This document shows, piece after piece, positions 26,931-34,987 of a DNA stretch of 34,987 bases. The translations under genes and the position numbers were made by a program. The notes below the pieces were generated by a model, which searched no databases, was not told the origin of the DNA, and saw only the letters and a program-made list of their open reading frames with translations. Numbering within the stretch: the first letter of the stretch is position 1; the number at the start of each line of letters is the position of its first letter. The stretch lies in the sequence record SRR2962707_4980; one strand, 5' to 3'.

Positions 26931-28409
26931 ATGGCGAAACTAGTAAGACTATGTGCATCTATTTTTATTCTAATTATCCTCATAGGGTGTTTGGAAGAAA
27001 AGTATATTGTACAGACGCCTGTTGATCAGCAAGAAATTGTAAACCTTGACCTGAATTTAATCAATGCGATAATTGATGTGACTGCCCAAGATGGTTCTGA
27101 GGATAATATTTTGGATAATTCAAGCTGCCTTACCGCCATTTATCCGTATTCAGTAAGGGTCAAAGGGAAACGCATTGACCTGGAGTCATCTGACGATATT
27201 TCTGAACTTTTGGAAATCTATGAGCAGGAAGTAACCAATCCAAATCAATTTCAGATTATTTATCCGGTTTTAGTAAGCAAGGCAGATTACTCAATTGTCG
27301 AGGTAAAATCTGAAGCGGAGATGCGAGAAATTCAAGGTCAGTGTGTAGAAGATGGAGATGATCCGGATATAGAATGCGTTGATTTTGTCTATCCAATAAA
27401 TGTCTCCAGCCTTGATACACTTAATCAAAAAGCGAACGTACTGTTGATTGAGGAGGATGAGACTCTGTTTCATTTAATGAACGAGGCAAAAAATCAAACC
27501 AGCTCTGAAATATTCTCCATCGAATATCCGGTTTCTCTGACAGACTTTAATAACGATGAGTTGACCATTACTTCAAATGAAGCATTAGTCGATGCTATTG
27601 AAGGTTATCGGAATACTTGTGATGAGATGGACACTACTTTTTTGAGGGAATTGAGGAAGGGTCATTTATCTGTTCGTCTCATTGATGCCCCATTTCCAGT
27701 CGATCTGGTTAATCTAATTCAGATTAGTATAGAGCGATTTGAAGCGACCTACAGAAACGAAATTGATGGAGCGCAGACAATCACACTTTTCGAGTCTGAT
27801 GAGCCAGCCACAATGGATTTGCTTTCACTCATTAATTCCAATTCGTTTGAATTAGCGGACAAAGATGTTCCTATTGGTGATTACACCGCGTTAATTCTTC
27901 ATCTAAGTGAAGTAAAAGTGCACATGAATGATGGTCAGGAATTTGATGTCAACGTGCCGGGAGGTGTATCTGGTATTAGAATAAATGTCAACCCTCACAT
28001 TCAAATTGATAATACGGAGGTGGTAAACTTATTTCTTGATTTTGATGTGAGTCAGTCATTTATTCCGAAGGGAAATAGTAATAATCCCATGGGCATTACC
28101 GGTTTCACATTAAAACCCACATTCAACATAATTGATATTTCAAATTCCGGGTCGTTATTTGGCTTGATTGAAGACCAAGCTGATGAACCACTCAAAGGTG
28201 CTCAGGTTTCATTGATTGAAAAACAAAACTCAAAAACTTTTACTTCTACTTTCTCTGATTCGGACGGCCATTATTCTTTTCCTGCTGTACCTCCAGGCAT
28301 TTATGACCTTACGGTAGAAAAAGATGGCTATAGCACTTATCAACTATCAGATCTTTCAATAACTATTTCAGGTTCTACTGAGATCAATGCCGTATTAACA
28401 ACTGAATAG
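26931..28409 (+). CDS. Lipoprotein: Cys/YP-repeat domain + DUF4382-like domain + carboxypeptidase-regulatory-like domain
   Basis: The ATG at 26931 is preferred over the TTG at 26913 because it gives a signal peptide ending LIGC. The C-terminal half has L.DAP, G.Y..L.L, LDFDVSQS and DSDGHYSF..VPPG.Y. Confidence 0.82.
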   Translation: MAKLVRLCASIFILIILIGCLEEKYIVQTPVDQQEIVNLDLNLINAIIDVTAQDGSEDNILDNSSCLTAIYPYSVRVKGKRIDLESSDDISELLEIYEQEVTNPNQFQIIYPVLVSKADYSIVEVKSEAEMREIQGQCVEDGDDPDIECVDFVYPINVSSLDTLNQKANVLLIEEDETLFHLMNEAKNQTSSEIFSIEYPVSLTDFNNDELTITSNEALVDAIEGYRNTCDEMDTTFLRELRKGHLSVRLIDAPFPVDLVNLIQISIERFEATYRNEIDGAQTITLFESDEPATMDLLSLINSNSFELADKDVPIGDYTALILHLSEVKVHMNDGQEFDVNVPGGVSGIRINVNPHIQIDNTEVVNLFLDFDVSQSFIPKGNSNNPMGITGFTLKPTFNIIDISNSGSLFGLIEDQADEPLKGAQVSLIEKQNSKTFTSTFSDSDGHYSFPAVPPGIYDLTVEKDGYSTYQLSDLSITISGSTEINAVLTTE

Positions 28410-28436
28410 TTTTTTTTAAAAAACATTCAATCCCCG

Positions 28437-28467
28437 GTAGGAATTTTAGAGGGGAACCGGTTTCATA
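28437..28467 (+). promoter_or_regulatory. Putative ECF sigma promoter of the DUF4382 lipoprotein gene
   Basis: GTAGGAA-ttttagagggga-ACCGGTTTCATA, with the same spacing as the fecR copy. Confidence 0.7.
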
Positions 28468-28510
28468 CATAACAGCGAGATCTTTTCAACAAATTATTAA
28501 AGAATCAAAT

Positions 28511-29335
28511 ATGTGGAATTTGAGAAAGTCAGCATCATTGATGCTGTTAGTGATGATCAGTTTATTTGGTATAAGCTGCGGTGATTCGTCTGAAGGAACA
28601 TTGGCCGGAACGTTGAATCTGTCGCTGACAGATGCCCCGTTCCCATCAGATGATGTATCTGAAGCCAATGTGACGATCGTGAAAATTGATGTACGAAATA
28701 AGGATGAAGTGGATGGGAATCCATTTTTGACATTAACGGAAGATACTACATCATTTAATCTTTTGGATTTAACTAATGGAGTTACTGCCAGCCTTGTCAA
28801 TATGGAAGTTCCGGTTGGAACTTATGATTTGATCAGACTGTATGTGTCCGAAGCAAGTATTGTATTAAAAGATGGCACCACTTTCGACCTTTCTGTACCA
28901 AGTGGTGCTCAAACAGGAATCAAAATATTTATAGACCCTGCAGTTCAAGTTGCAGGCGGATTATCAGCAGACTTATTACTTGATTTTGATGTAAGCGAGT
29001 CTTTTGTCCCTCAAGGGAGCCCAGCATCCGGATACAATGGATTTATTTTCACTCCGGTACTCAGAGTGGCAAACCTATCAACCTCAGGAAGGCTAGTGGG
29101 ATCTGTTAGAGATATTGATGAAAACGGTGTTGCTGCGTCTATATCAGTGATTGCAGATGAAACTAAAGTAGGTGGATCTGAAGCAGACGCTGCTGGAGAA
29201 TATACAGTTTTGGGACTTGAAGCAGGTACTTACTCTGTTGTTTTTGAGCACGCAAATTTTGAAGCAGATACAGTTGAAAACGTAGAGATTGTAGCAGGGA
29301 ATGCAACGACATTAGATGTAGTTCTTGAAGAATAA
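28511..29335 (+). CDS. DUF4382 domain lipoprotein with C-terminal carboxypeptidase-regulatory-like domain
   Basis: Lipobox GISC; LTDAP, FNLLDLTNG, GTYDLIRL, VPSGAQTGIKI, LDFDVSES and GLEAGTYSV. Confidence 0.9.
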   Translation: MWNLRKSASLMLLVMISLFGISCGDSSEGTLAGTLNLSLTDAPFPSDDVSEANVTIVKIDVRNKDEVDGNPFLTLTEDTTSFNLLDLTNGVTASLVNMEVPVGTYDLIRLYVSEASIVLKDGTTFDLSVPSGAQTGIKIFIDPAVQVAGGLSADLLLDFDVSESFVPQGSPASGYNGFIFTPVLRVANLSTSGRLVGSVRDIDENGVAASISVIADETKVGGSEADAAGEYTVLGLEAGTYSVVFEHANFEADTVENVEIVAGNATTLDVVLEE

Positions 29336-29389
29336 TCACCGGAATATTAATACGTAATACGTTAGTTTGGTGACTACAGGTGGTTAATT

Positions 29390-29414
29390 AGGATGCCGAA
29401 GGGCATCCTTTTTT
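29390..29414 (+). terminator. Rho-independent terminator
   Basis: AGGATGCC-GAAG-GGCATCCTTTTTT. Confidence 0.88.
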
Positions 29415-29427
29415 ATGTCCTTAAGAG

Positions 29428-30027
29428 TTATAACAATTGTTTTCTCCACACAAAAAATAGAATGAAACCAACGGCTGTTGCACTTGCATGAAATAGATTT
29501 CCAAAGAAGAATGAATATAGGATGGGATGATCCGGGTTAAAAAGAAGAGGTATCAATCCCATAAAAATCGTTACAATTCCCCACATTAAGATCAGGATCC
29601 CTTTAGATCGACCGGCTTTTGCTTGATAAGCTTCGTTCTGCTTCGCCCATTTAAAATGAACCAATAGAAAAGGGCTGTAAGCCCAAATGATACCGGAAGA
29701 ACCATTGATCCAAAGCCCGGAAATCCATTGCGTTGCTATGAACCCAACCCATGCTGTTAACGATAATGCTAAAAATCTTTTGCTTCCAAGCATCGATTCT
29801 ACCTCTTTTCCGACGACTGATAGAAGTATCATATTTAGACTTAGATGGATCAATATGGTAACTGGTTGTTCTTTGGCGCCATGCTGAAATGCCATCGTTA
29901 AGTTTTGCCACCAAAATTCATGTGGTAGTTCACCGGAAAATATGTCAAAGTAGGATGCTGAGAAAGCACTGGGAAGGCTAACTAAAAGACAAATAATGAT
30001 GAATGTATTGGTGATTGGAGTTTTCAT
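29428..30027 (-). CDS. Rhomboid family intramembrane serine protease
   Basis: FQHG...H...NM..L...G..VE...G; catalytic GSSG; C-terminal TM His (FHAS); about 6 TMs. Confidence 0.85.
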   Translation of the reverse strand: MKTPITNTFIIICLLVSLPSAFSASYFDIFSGELPHEFWWQNLTMAFQHGAKEQPVTILIHLSLNMILLSVVGKEVESMLGSKRFLALSLTAWVGFIATQWISGLWINGSSGIIWAYSPFLLVHFKWAKQNEAYQAKAGRSKGILILMWGIVTIFMGLIPLLFNPDHPILYSFFFGNLFHASATAVGFILFFVWRKQLL

Positions 30028-32093
30028 TCAGGATGATAAATACGTTCTGCTTTTTTCCGGACCTCATCAAGATCCAGCGTCATTTTTTTACGCTTTTGAT
30101 TCAGAAACAGGGAAACCTGATCGTCATAATGTGAACTCTCTGGTCGATTAGAAGCACCAAATACGTTGACCGTCTCTATGATTGGTAATCCATCCTTTGG
30201 ATACCGTATCATCATGATATACGACTCACCTGTTTTAGCTCTTACTTTTCCATAACCCATCGGGTCAGCATACATGGCAGCTATAACATCCGGAAGTCCA
30301 CCGATTGGATATTCCTTATCTCCACGTATCAATTTTTGATACTCACCAAGTGTTACGTCAAGTTTTCCAAAATAATGAAGGAGGTATCTTCTGACATATT
30401 CAGCAGCCTTGACGTACTGATCAGTGGAGATGTTTTTGGTATCAATCTTATCTGATAAGCTAGCTAATCCTTTGTATAAAATATTTAGATGTGCAGGTCC
30501 AATTTCATCTACTCCTGCATTTCTATTCCAATTTTGAATGATCTCAATCACCTGGGCGGCTGAATCTGACAGACCAGGGTCGAGATCAAAAACAGGATTC
30601 ATATCAATCCCATATACGAGTGAATCGGGGAGGGTCGCATCGTATTTGACATCAAGGAAATCATCCCAGCTAAGCTTAGCATATTGGTCAATCAATTCCA
30701 TGAATCGATAGCTACGATTATTATCGTATGCACGATACCCCATCGTTGAATCAAAATCAGTTGGATTTAGATTGTCGGCCATGGCTGTTGCATTGAACGC
30801 TCCATTGTTCGTATTGAAAAGATATCCTGATGAAGGATTCGTGATTTGAGGAAGGTCTGTGAATGGATGGTATTTATGAGGAATTGTTTGTGTGGTATTT
30901 CCAGGTAGGGTGGTACTCCAGTCATACGCTGGATTCCTGACAGGTACTTTGCCATTTCCCACATAAAACAGGCTGTCATACTTGTCTGCATATACAATAT
31001 TGAAACTTGGAATGGCTGTCATGGAAAGCGCTTCTTTGAAAGTTGTCAAGTTAGTGGCTTTGTTCATTTTGTACCATTGTTCAATGGCCCGGATCTCATC
31101 AAAAACAGCCATGTGGAATGCAAAAAATCCTTTTTCATTTTTAACGACAGGCCCATAAACCGAATAGTAGGCATCTCGTTTTACTCCTATTTTAATTCCC
31201 AGAAAGACTTTGACTTTTAGTTTGATCTTTCGGCTCTCCAGCTCCAGCCACTCATCGTCTACCCGATAAAGATTCTCATCGTCAGGGTGCATTTCCAATT
31301 GAAATACATCTCGTTTATCAAAATAGTTGACCGTATGTGCCCAACCCAGATGTTCATTGGTGCCGTGAAAAATAACTGGCCCTCCCGGGAATAATCCTCC
31401 CAGCATATTCCAACCTTCATCGCTCACAAGGTGTGCTTCATACCAGGCTGCAGGTCCTTCCAGTGGTTGATGGGAATTGACTGCTAAAAACACTTCATCG
31501 CTTGTTGTCTTTTTCCGGCTGATTGCAAAAGCATTGGAACCCTTAGTTTCAAAGTCTACGGTATCTATGTTTCCATTGAAAAGATTACGAACCAGATTAT
31601 CAGCACCATCCTGAACTGCAAGTTGCAGAACATATGCTTTAAATAAATCATGAGTAGAAACGGGAAAAGCTCTTTTAAGTAAGACCTCATCTTTATGATT
31701 GGCTGCATAGGAATTAATCCCTGCAGCATACCCCTCCACAATTTTCATGAAGGCAGGATCGACTTTTTCTATTTGTTCGTTTACAATGTCTTCGCATCTA
31801 AGCAGTCCCACCACGTAATCAATTGGAGCTCCATCAGGCCCCTGGTATCGTCCCATCATTTGCTTGGCTGCAAGCAAGATCTCTTGTATTGTTTTGAAAT
31901 CGTCTTCAGCATGCGCCCAGGCTAAGCCATAAGATACTTGAGCATCAGTCGGAGCATAGATATGAGGCACTCCCCACGCATCTCGGATAATCTCTATCTC
32001 CGATGGTGTAAACTGTGCAAGGACCTGATGACCAAACCCAATGAAAAGGATGACCACAGTATATCTTATTAAATGGACGATTCTATTGAGCAT
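30024..32093 (-). CDS. Penicillin acylase family (S45) Ntn-hydrolase
   Basis: RDAWGVPHIYA, YGLAWAHAED, GSNAFAI (beta-chain Ser), NSHQP, WYEAHL, LGWAHTVN, FNIVYAD and HYDDQ. Confidence 0.94.
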   Translation of the reverse strand: MLNRIVHLIRYTVVILFIGFGHQVLAQFTPSEIEIIRDAWGVPHIYAPTDAQVSYGLAWAHAEDDFKTIQEILLAAKQMMGRYQGPDGAPIDYVVGLLRCEDIVNEQIEKVDPAFMKIVEGYAAGINSYAANHKDEVLLKRAFPVSTHDLFKAYVLQLAVQDGADNLVRNLFNGNIDTVDFETKGSNAFAISRKKTTSDEVFLAVNSHQPLEGPAAWYEAHLVSDEGWNMLGGLFPGGPVIFHGTNEHLGWAHTVNYFDKRDVFQLEMHPDDENLYRVDDEWLELESRKIKLKVKVFLGIKIGVKRDAYYSVYGPVVKNEKGFFAFHMAVFDEIRAIEQWYKMNKATNLTTFKEALSMTAIPSFNIVYADKYDSLFYVGNGKVPVRNPAYDWSTTLPGNTTQTIPHKYHPFTDLPQITNPSSGYLFNTNNGAFNATAMADNLNPTDFDSTMGYRAYDNNRSYRFMELIDQYAKLSWDDFLDVKYDATLPDSLVYGIDMNPVFDLDPGLSDSAAQVIEIIQNWNRNAGVDEIGPAHLNILYKGLASLSDKIDTKNISTDQYVKAAEYVRRYLLHYFGKLDVTLGEYQKLIRGDKEYPIGGLPDVIAAMYADPMGYGKVRAKTGESYIMMIRYPKDGLPIIETVNVFGASNRPESSHYDDQVSLFLNQKRKKMTLDLDEVRKKAERIYHPE

Positions 32094-32120
32094 TCAAAGA
32101 TTTTCCCTGAAGATACTAAT

Positions 32121-32155
32121 AGCTGATCATTTCGATTTACACGAAACGATCAGCT
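32121..32155 (-). terminator. 14-bp hairpin after the ABC permease gene (terminator or stabilising stem)
   Basis: Minus strand reads AGCTGATCGTTTCG-TGTAAAT-CGAAATGATCAGCT. There is no clear U-tract. Confidence 0.55.
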
Positions 32156-32170
32156 TTGAGGAATAAAGGC

Positions 32171-34771
32171 TTACTCCTCCTTAAGCGCATTAGCCGGATT
32201 GGCCACTGCTGCCCGATATGATTTTGCACTCACAACAATCCATGTAAGTATCAATATAAGTAGGATCGGAATCACTAGCAGGTACCAACTCAGTTCTATT
32301 CGGTAGCTGTACCCTTCCAGCCAGTCATTGAGCCAGTAAAATGCGACTGAAATGCCAATAATTCCTCCAACCACAACCAAAATAGAAAAGTCTTTGATCA
32401 TCATTCGGATAAGGGAAGGAACAGTAGCCCCCAGTACTTTCCTAACAGCGATTTCTTTGAATCGCTTTTGCAGAACGAATGTGGTGAGAGCGAACAGACC
32501 AAGAAATGCAATGAATACGGCTAGCAATGAGAAGGTAGTGAATACTCCTCCAAATTTTCGTTCAGCTTCATAATGTCGTTGAAATGAATCATCCAGAAAA
32601 AAAGAATCTAATGGATATTCTCTTGCGTGCTCGTTCCAGATTTCTTCAATTGAACTCAATGTATTCATAAGGTCATTTGATGATACCTTAGCTAGAATAT
32701 AAGCTTGGTGATGCTCGCCGATTTCCATACTAGCTACTGCACCATATCTAAATATCATTGGGCTTATTTCATGCTTTAGTGATGTAAAATTGAAATTTTT
32801 CATGACCCCAATGATGGTGAAATCCAACATACCCTGACGCGAAATTTCTTTTCCAATTGGATCTTCCCAGCCCAACTCTTTAGCCAGAGATTCATTGATA
32901 ACAACAGATGAAGTATCTGAAAGCTGATTTTTATTAAAGAATCTGCCTTTTACTATTTCCAGATCTAAAACATCTAGTATCTCCGGTGAGGTGAATGCAT
33001 TGTATGGGCCCACCGACCTGTTGTCTTCAGAAGGGACGTTGTATGTCCAATCACCATATCCGTGAAATGGAACATTGCTCGACTTACCAACAATTTCTAC
33101 ACCCGGTAACGATTCGATCCGGGTTTTGAAAACCTCATATTTTTCACCAATGACTCGCCCTCCATTGATCACAAGTGTTTGATCAATATTGAGTCCTAAA
33201 TCGTGCGATTGCATGAATTGAACTTGCTTGAAAATCACAACAGTAGTCGCAACCAGAAATACCGAAATGGCAAACTGAAAGGCAACAAGTCCGCTCCTTA
33301 ATCCTCTTTTTCCTGCCTGTTGCTTCTGTCCTCTTAATGCTTTTAGAGGAGAAAATCCTGACATGATGTAAGCGGGGTAACTACCTGCAAGTAAACCTGC
33401 AATTAGTAGGAGTGCAAAGACAATTAAAAGGTTTTGAGGGGTAAATAGTGTTTGCAGGTCAAATTGTCGACCTGTCAATTGGTTAAAGTATTCAATGGAA
33501 GATCCTGCAATCACAATTGCTAAGACCACTGCTATGAATGTAATGAGCATTGATTCCACCAAAAATTGAGATACGATATTTTTTCTGTAAGAGCCCAGCG
33601 CTTTTCGAATTCCCACCTCTTTGGACCTCAATGCTGACCTGGCAGTCGCCATATTGATGTAATTGATGCATGCCACCAGCAGTATGAAAATGGCAATTAG
33701 GGAGAAGATGATCACATTTTTATAATCTCCACCGGTGTTCATGGAAAAGTGAGGGTTGTGGAGGTGGATATCAGCAATTGGATAAAGGGTATATCCAAAA
33801 AGTCGATTAGGATATTCTGCTTCCAACTCCTCGAAGGAAGCGTGACCTGTCCATTTTAGGGTTTCCGGTCCGGCGTATTTTTTGTACAGTTGTCTCAGAC
33901 TTTCGTTGATAAAAACTGCGTTGGTGTTATCCTTTGCCTTTGCATAGGTCCAAACACTATTGCCTGTCCAGTTGACGTGCCCGGGTTCTATGCTTGAAAG
34001 TACATATTGATATGGAAAGTGGGTGTTATTGGGTGGATCAACGACAACCCCTGTTACTTTCATGGATATTTCATCTATGAGTATTGTCTTTCCGAAAGCT
34101 TCGGAATCAGGAAAGCATTTCTTAGCTAACGATTCGGTTAAAACGATAGAGTTGGGTTCAGCAAGGGCTTTATCAGGATTGCCTTTCAAAAAAGTAGTTT
34201 GAAAAACCTTAAACATATTTGGGTCTGCATGCGCAGAGCCCTCTTGAATAAAACTACGATCGCCAATTTGAAATAATGATTCCCATAAACCACTAACTCT
34301 AGTAGCAACTTCTATTTCAGCGATTTCCTTCATCATAGTTTCCGCTAAAGGAGGGGGTGTCCACCTTCCACGTTCTCCGTTAGCTACACGATAAATCCGC
34401 TCAGCATTCGGATAGAATCGGTCATAGCTTTTTTCGTGCTGAACATAAATGGTGATGAGCAAACAGGAGGCCAATCCTACTGCCAGTCCTAATATATTGA
34501 TGGCAGCATATGACTTCTGTCTTACTAATGTCCTTAATGCTACTTTGAGATGGTTTTTGATCATGGCTAAAGTGGTTAATTGTTCAAAATCTTCTAGTCC
34601 TTTTAAATACCTCCACCGAAAGAATCGAATGGTGTTCCAGACGAATTTGAACTTTGATTGATTTCGCTCGAAAAGTTCAAATAAGTCTCCTTCGATTTGC
34701 TCGAGATACCGATCCTTGCAGTAGAACCGAAGGAACCGTAAGGCCCATTTTGGTGGATGCTTCCGATTCAT
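32171..34771 (-). CDS. MacB/FtsX-type ABC transporter permease with N-terminal permease-prefix domain
   Basis: PPKWA...EQIEGDLFE prefix; INILGLAVG; ACINYIN...RSKEVGIRKALG; QFAIS; KEIAVRKVLGA; ANPANALKEE. Confidence 0.95.
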   Translation of the reverse strand: MNRKHPPKWALRFLRFYCKDRYLEQIEGDLFELFERNQSKFKFVWNTIRFFRWRYLKGLEDFEQLTTLAMIKNHLKVALRTLVRQKSYAAINILGLAVGLASCLLITIYVQHEKSYDRFYPNAERIYRVANGERGRWTPPPLAETMMKEIAEIEVATRVSGLWESLFQIGDRSFIQEGSAHADPNMFKVFQTTFLKGNPDKALAEPNSIVLTESLAKKCFPDSEAFGKTILIDEISMKVTGVVVDPPNNTHFPYQYVLSSIEPGHVNWTGNSVWTYAKAKDNTNAVFINESLRQLYKKYAGPETLKWTGHASFEELEAEYPNRLFGYTLYPIADIHLHNPHFSMNTGGDYKNVIIFSLIAIFILLVACINYINMATARSALRSKEVGIRKALGSYRKNIVSQFLVESMLITFIAVVLAIVIAGSSIEYFNQLTGRQFDLQTLFTPQNLLIVFALLLIAGLLAGSYPAYIMSGFSPLKALRGQKQQAGKRGLRSGLVAFQFAISVFLVATTVVIFKQVQFMQSHDLGLNIDQTLVINGGRVIGEKYEVFKTRIESLPGVEIVGKSSNVPFHGYGDWTYNVPSEDNRSVGPYNAFTSPEILDVLDLEIVKGRFFNKNQLSDTSSVVINESLAKELGWEDPIGKEISRQGMLDFTIIGVMKNFNFTSLKHEISPMIFRYGAVASMEIGEHHQAYILAKVSSNDLMNTLSSIEEIWNEHAREYPLDSFFLDDSFQRHYEAERKFGGVFTTFSLLAVFIAFLGLFALTTFVLQKRFKEIAVRKVLGATVPSLIRMMIKDFSILVVVGGIIGISVAFYWLNDWLEGYSYRIELSWYLLVIPILLILILTWIVVSAKSYRAAVANPANALKEE

Positions 34772-34986
34772 TGTATAAATCCTAAACTTGTTTTGGAAAT
34801 CTGGCTGTAAAGTGAGTTACGGGTTTCGTGCACAAACTCGATGGCTCTGGACCCTTCAGCTTCAATTTTGAATAGCCTTTTGCGACGGCCGCCTCGCTCA
34901 GCACTGGCGCCTCCCATGTATGATGAGACATAGCCTTTTTTCTCCAGACGATCCAGGACGGTATGCACAGCACTGATATTTACCTT
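34768..34986 (-). CDS. PadR family transcriptional regulator, C-terminal part (5' end lies outside the window)
   Basis: The frame is open to the window edge: KVNISAVHTVLDRLEKKGYVSS.MGG..AERGGRRKR. ATGA overlap with the permease. Confidence 0.92.
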   Translation of the reverse strand, partial: KVNISAVHTVLDRLEKKGYVSSYMGGASAERGGRRKRLFKIEAEGSRAIEFVHETRNSLYSQISKTSLGFIQ

Positions 34987-34987
34987 T

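Noticed and set aside
29353-29366. Tandem TAATACG x2 in a 3' UTR
   Set aside because: Too short to distinguish from chance.
19466-32093. Quorum sensing/quenching link between the LuxR and the acylase
   Set aside because: The LuxR has a PAS-like N-terminus rather than an AHL-binding domain, the genes are about 10 kb apart, and acylase specificity cannot be read from the sequence.
140-34973. Numerous 60-143 aa ORFs nested in or antisense to long genes (for example 140..334, 3516..3794, 22036..22467, 28486..28800, 34782..34973)
   Set aside because: They are shadow frames of well-supported genes and have no motifs of their own.
1-34987. CRISPR array, tRNA/rRNA, IS/integrase, prophage or defence genes
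   Set aside because: I saw no repeat-spacer array, cloverleaf, or transposase/integrase/nuclease motif. Intergenic regions are short and mostly explained by promoters and terminators.

Overview
A gene-dense chromosomal segment from a Bacteroidota bacterium, most likely a marine Cytophagales-type organism. This is inferred from TAnnTT(T)G-like -7 promoter elements, starts without Shine-Dalgarno sequences, many lipoproteins and an ECF/FecR/TonB-dependent receptor module. It runs from the 3' part of pyk to a partial PadR gene. Exported peptide/amide hydrolases dominate (M49, M28, M1, S12-like, S9, S45, plus a rhomboid). It also holds an iodotyrosine-deiodinase-like flavoprotein, a lipoprotein-type Rid protein and five regulatory modules (TPR hybrid HK-REC-AraC, LytS/LytTR, PAS-LuxR, ECF-FecR, PadR). 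I saw no rRNA, tRNA, CRISPR array or mobile element. The most interesting signals are non-coding. (i) Two copies of a promoter cassette with a 21-bp-period direct repeat flank the hybrid two-component gene; one precedes a 63-aa protein and the other a ~75-nt candidate sRNA. (ii) A matching pair of ECF-type promoters links fecR-TBDR to a divergent DUF4382 lipoprotein. (iii) A 46-aa membrane ORF missing from the ORF track has its own operator-like inverted repeat. All protein calls come from motif recognition by eye; no database search was run.
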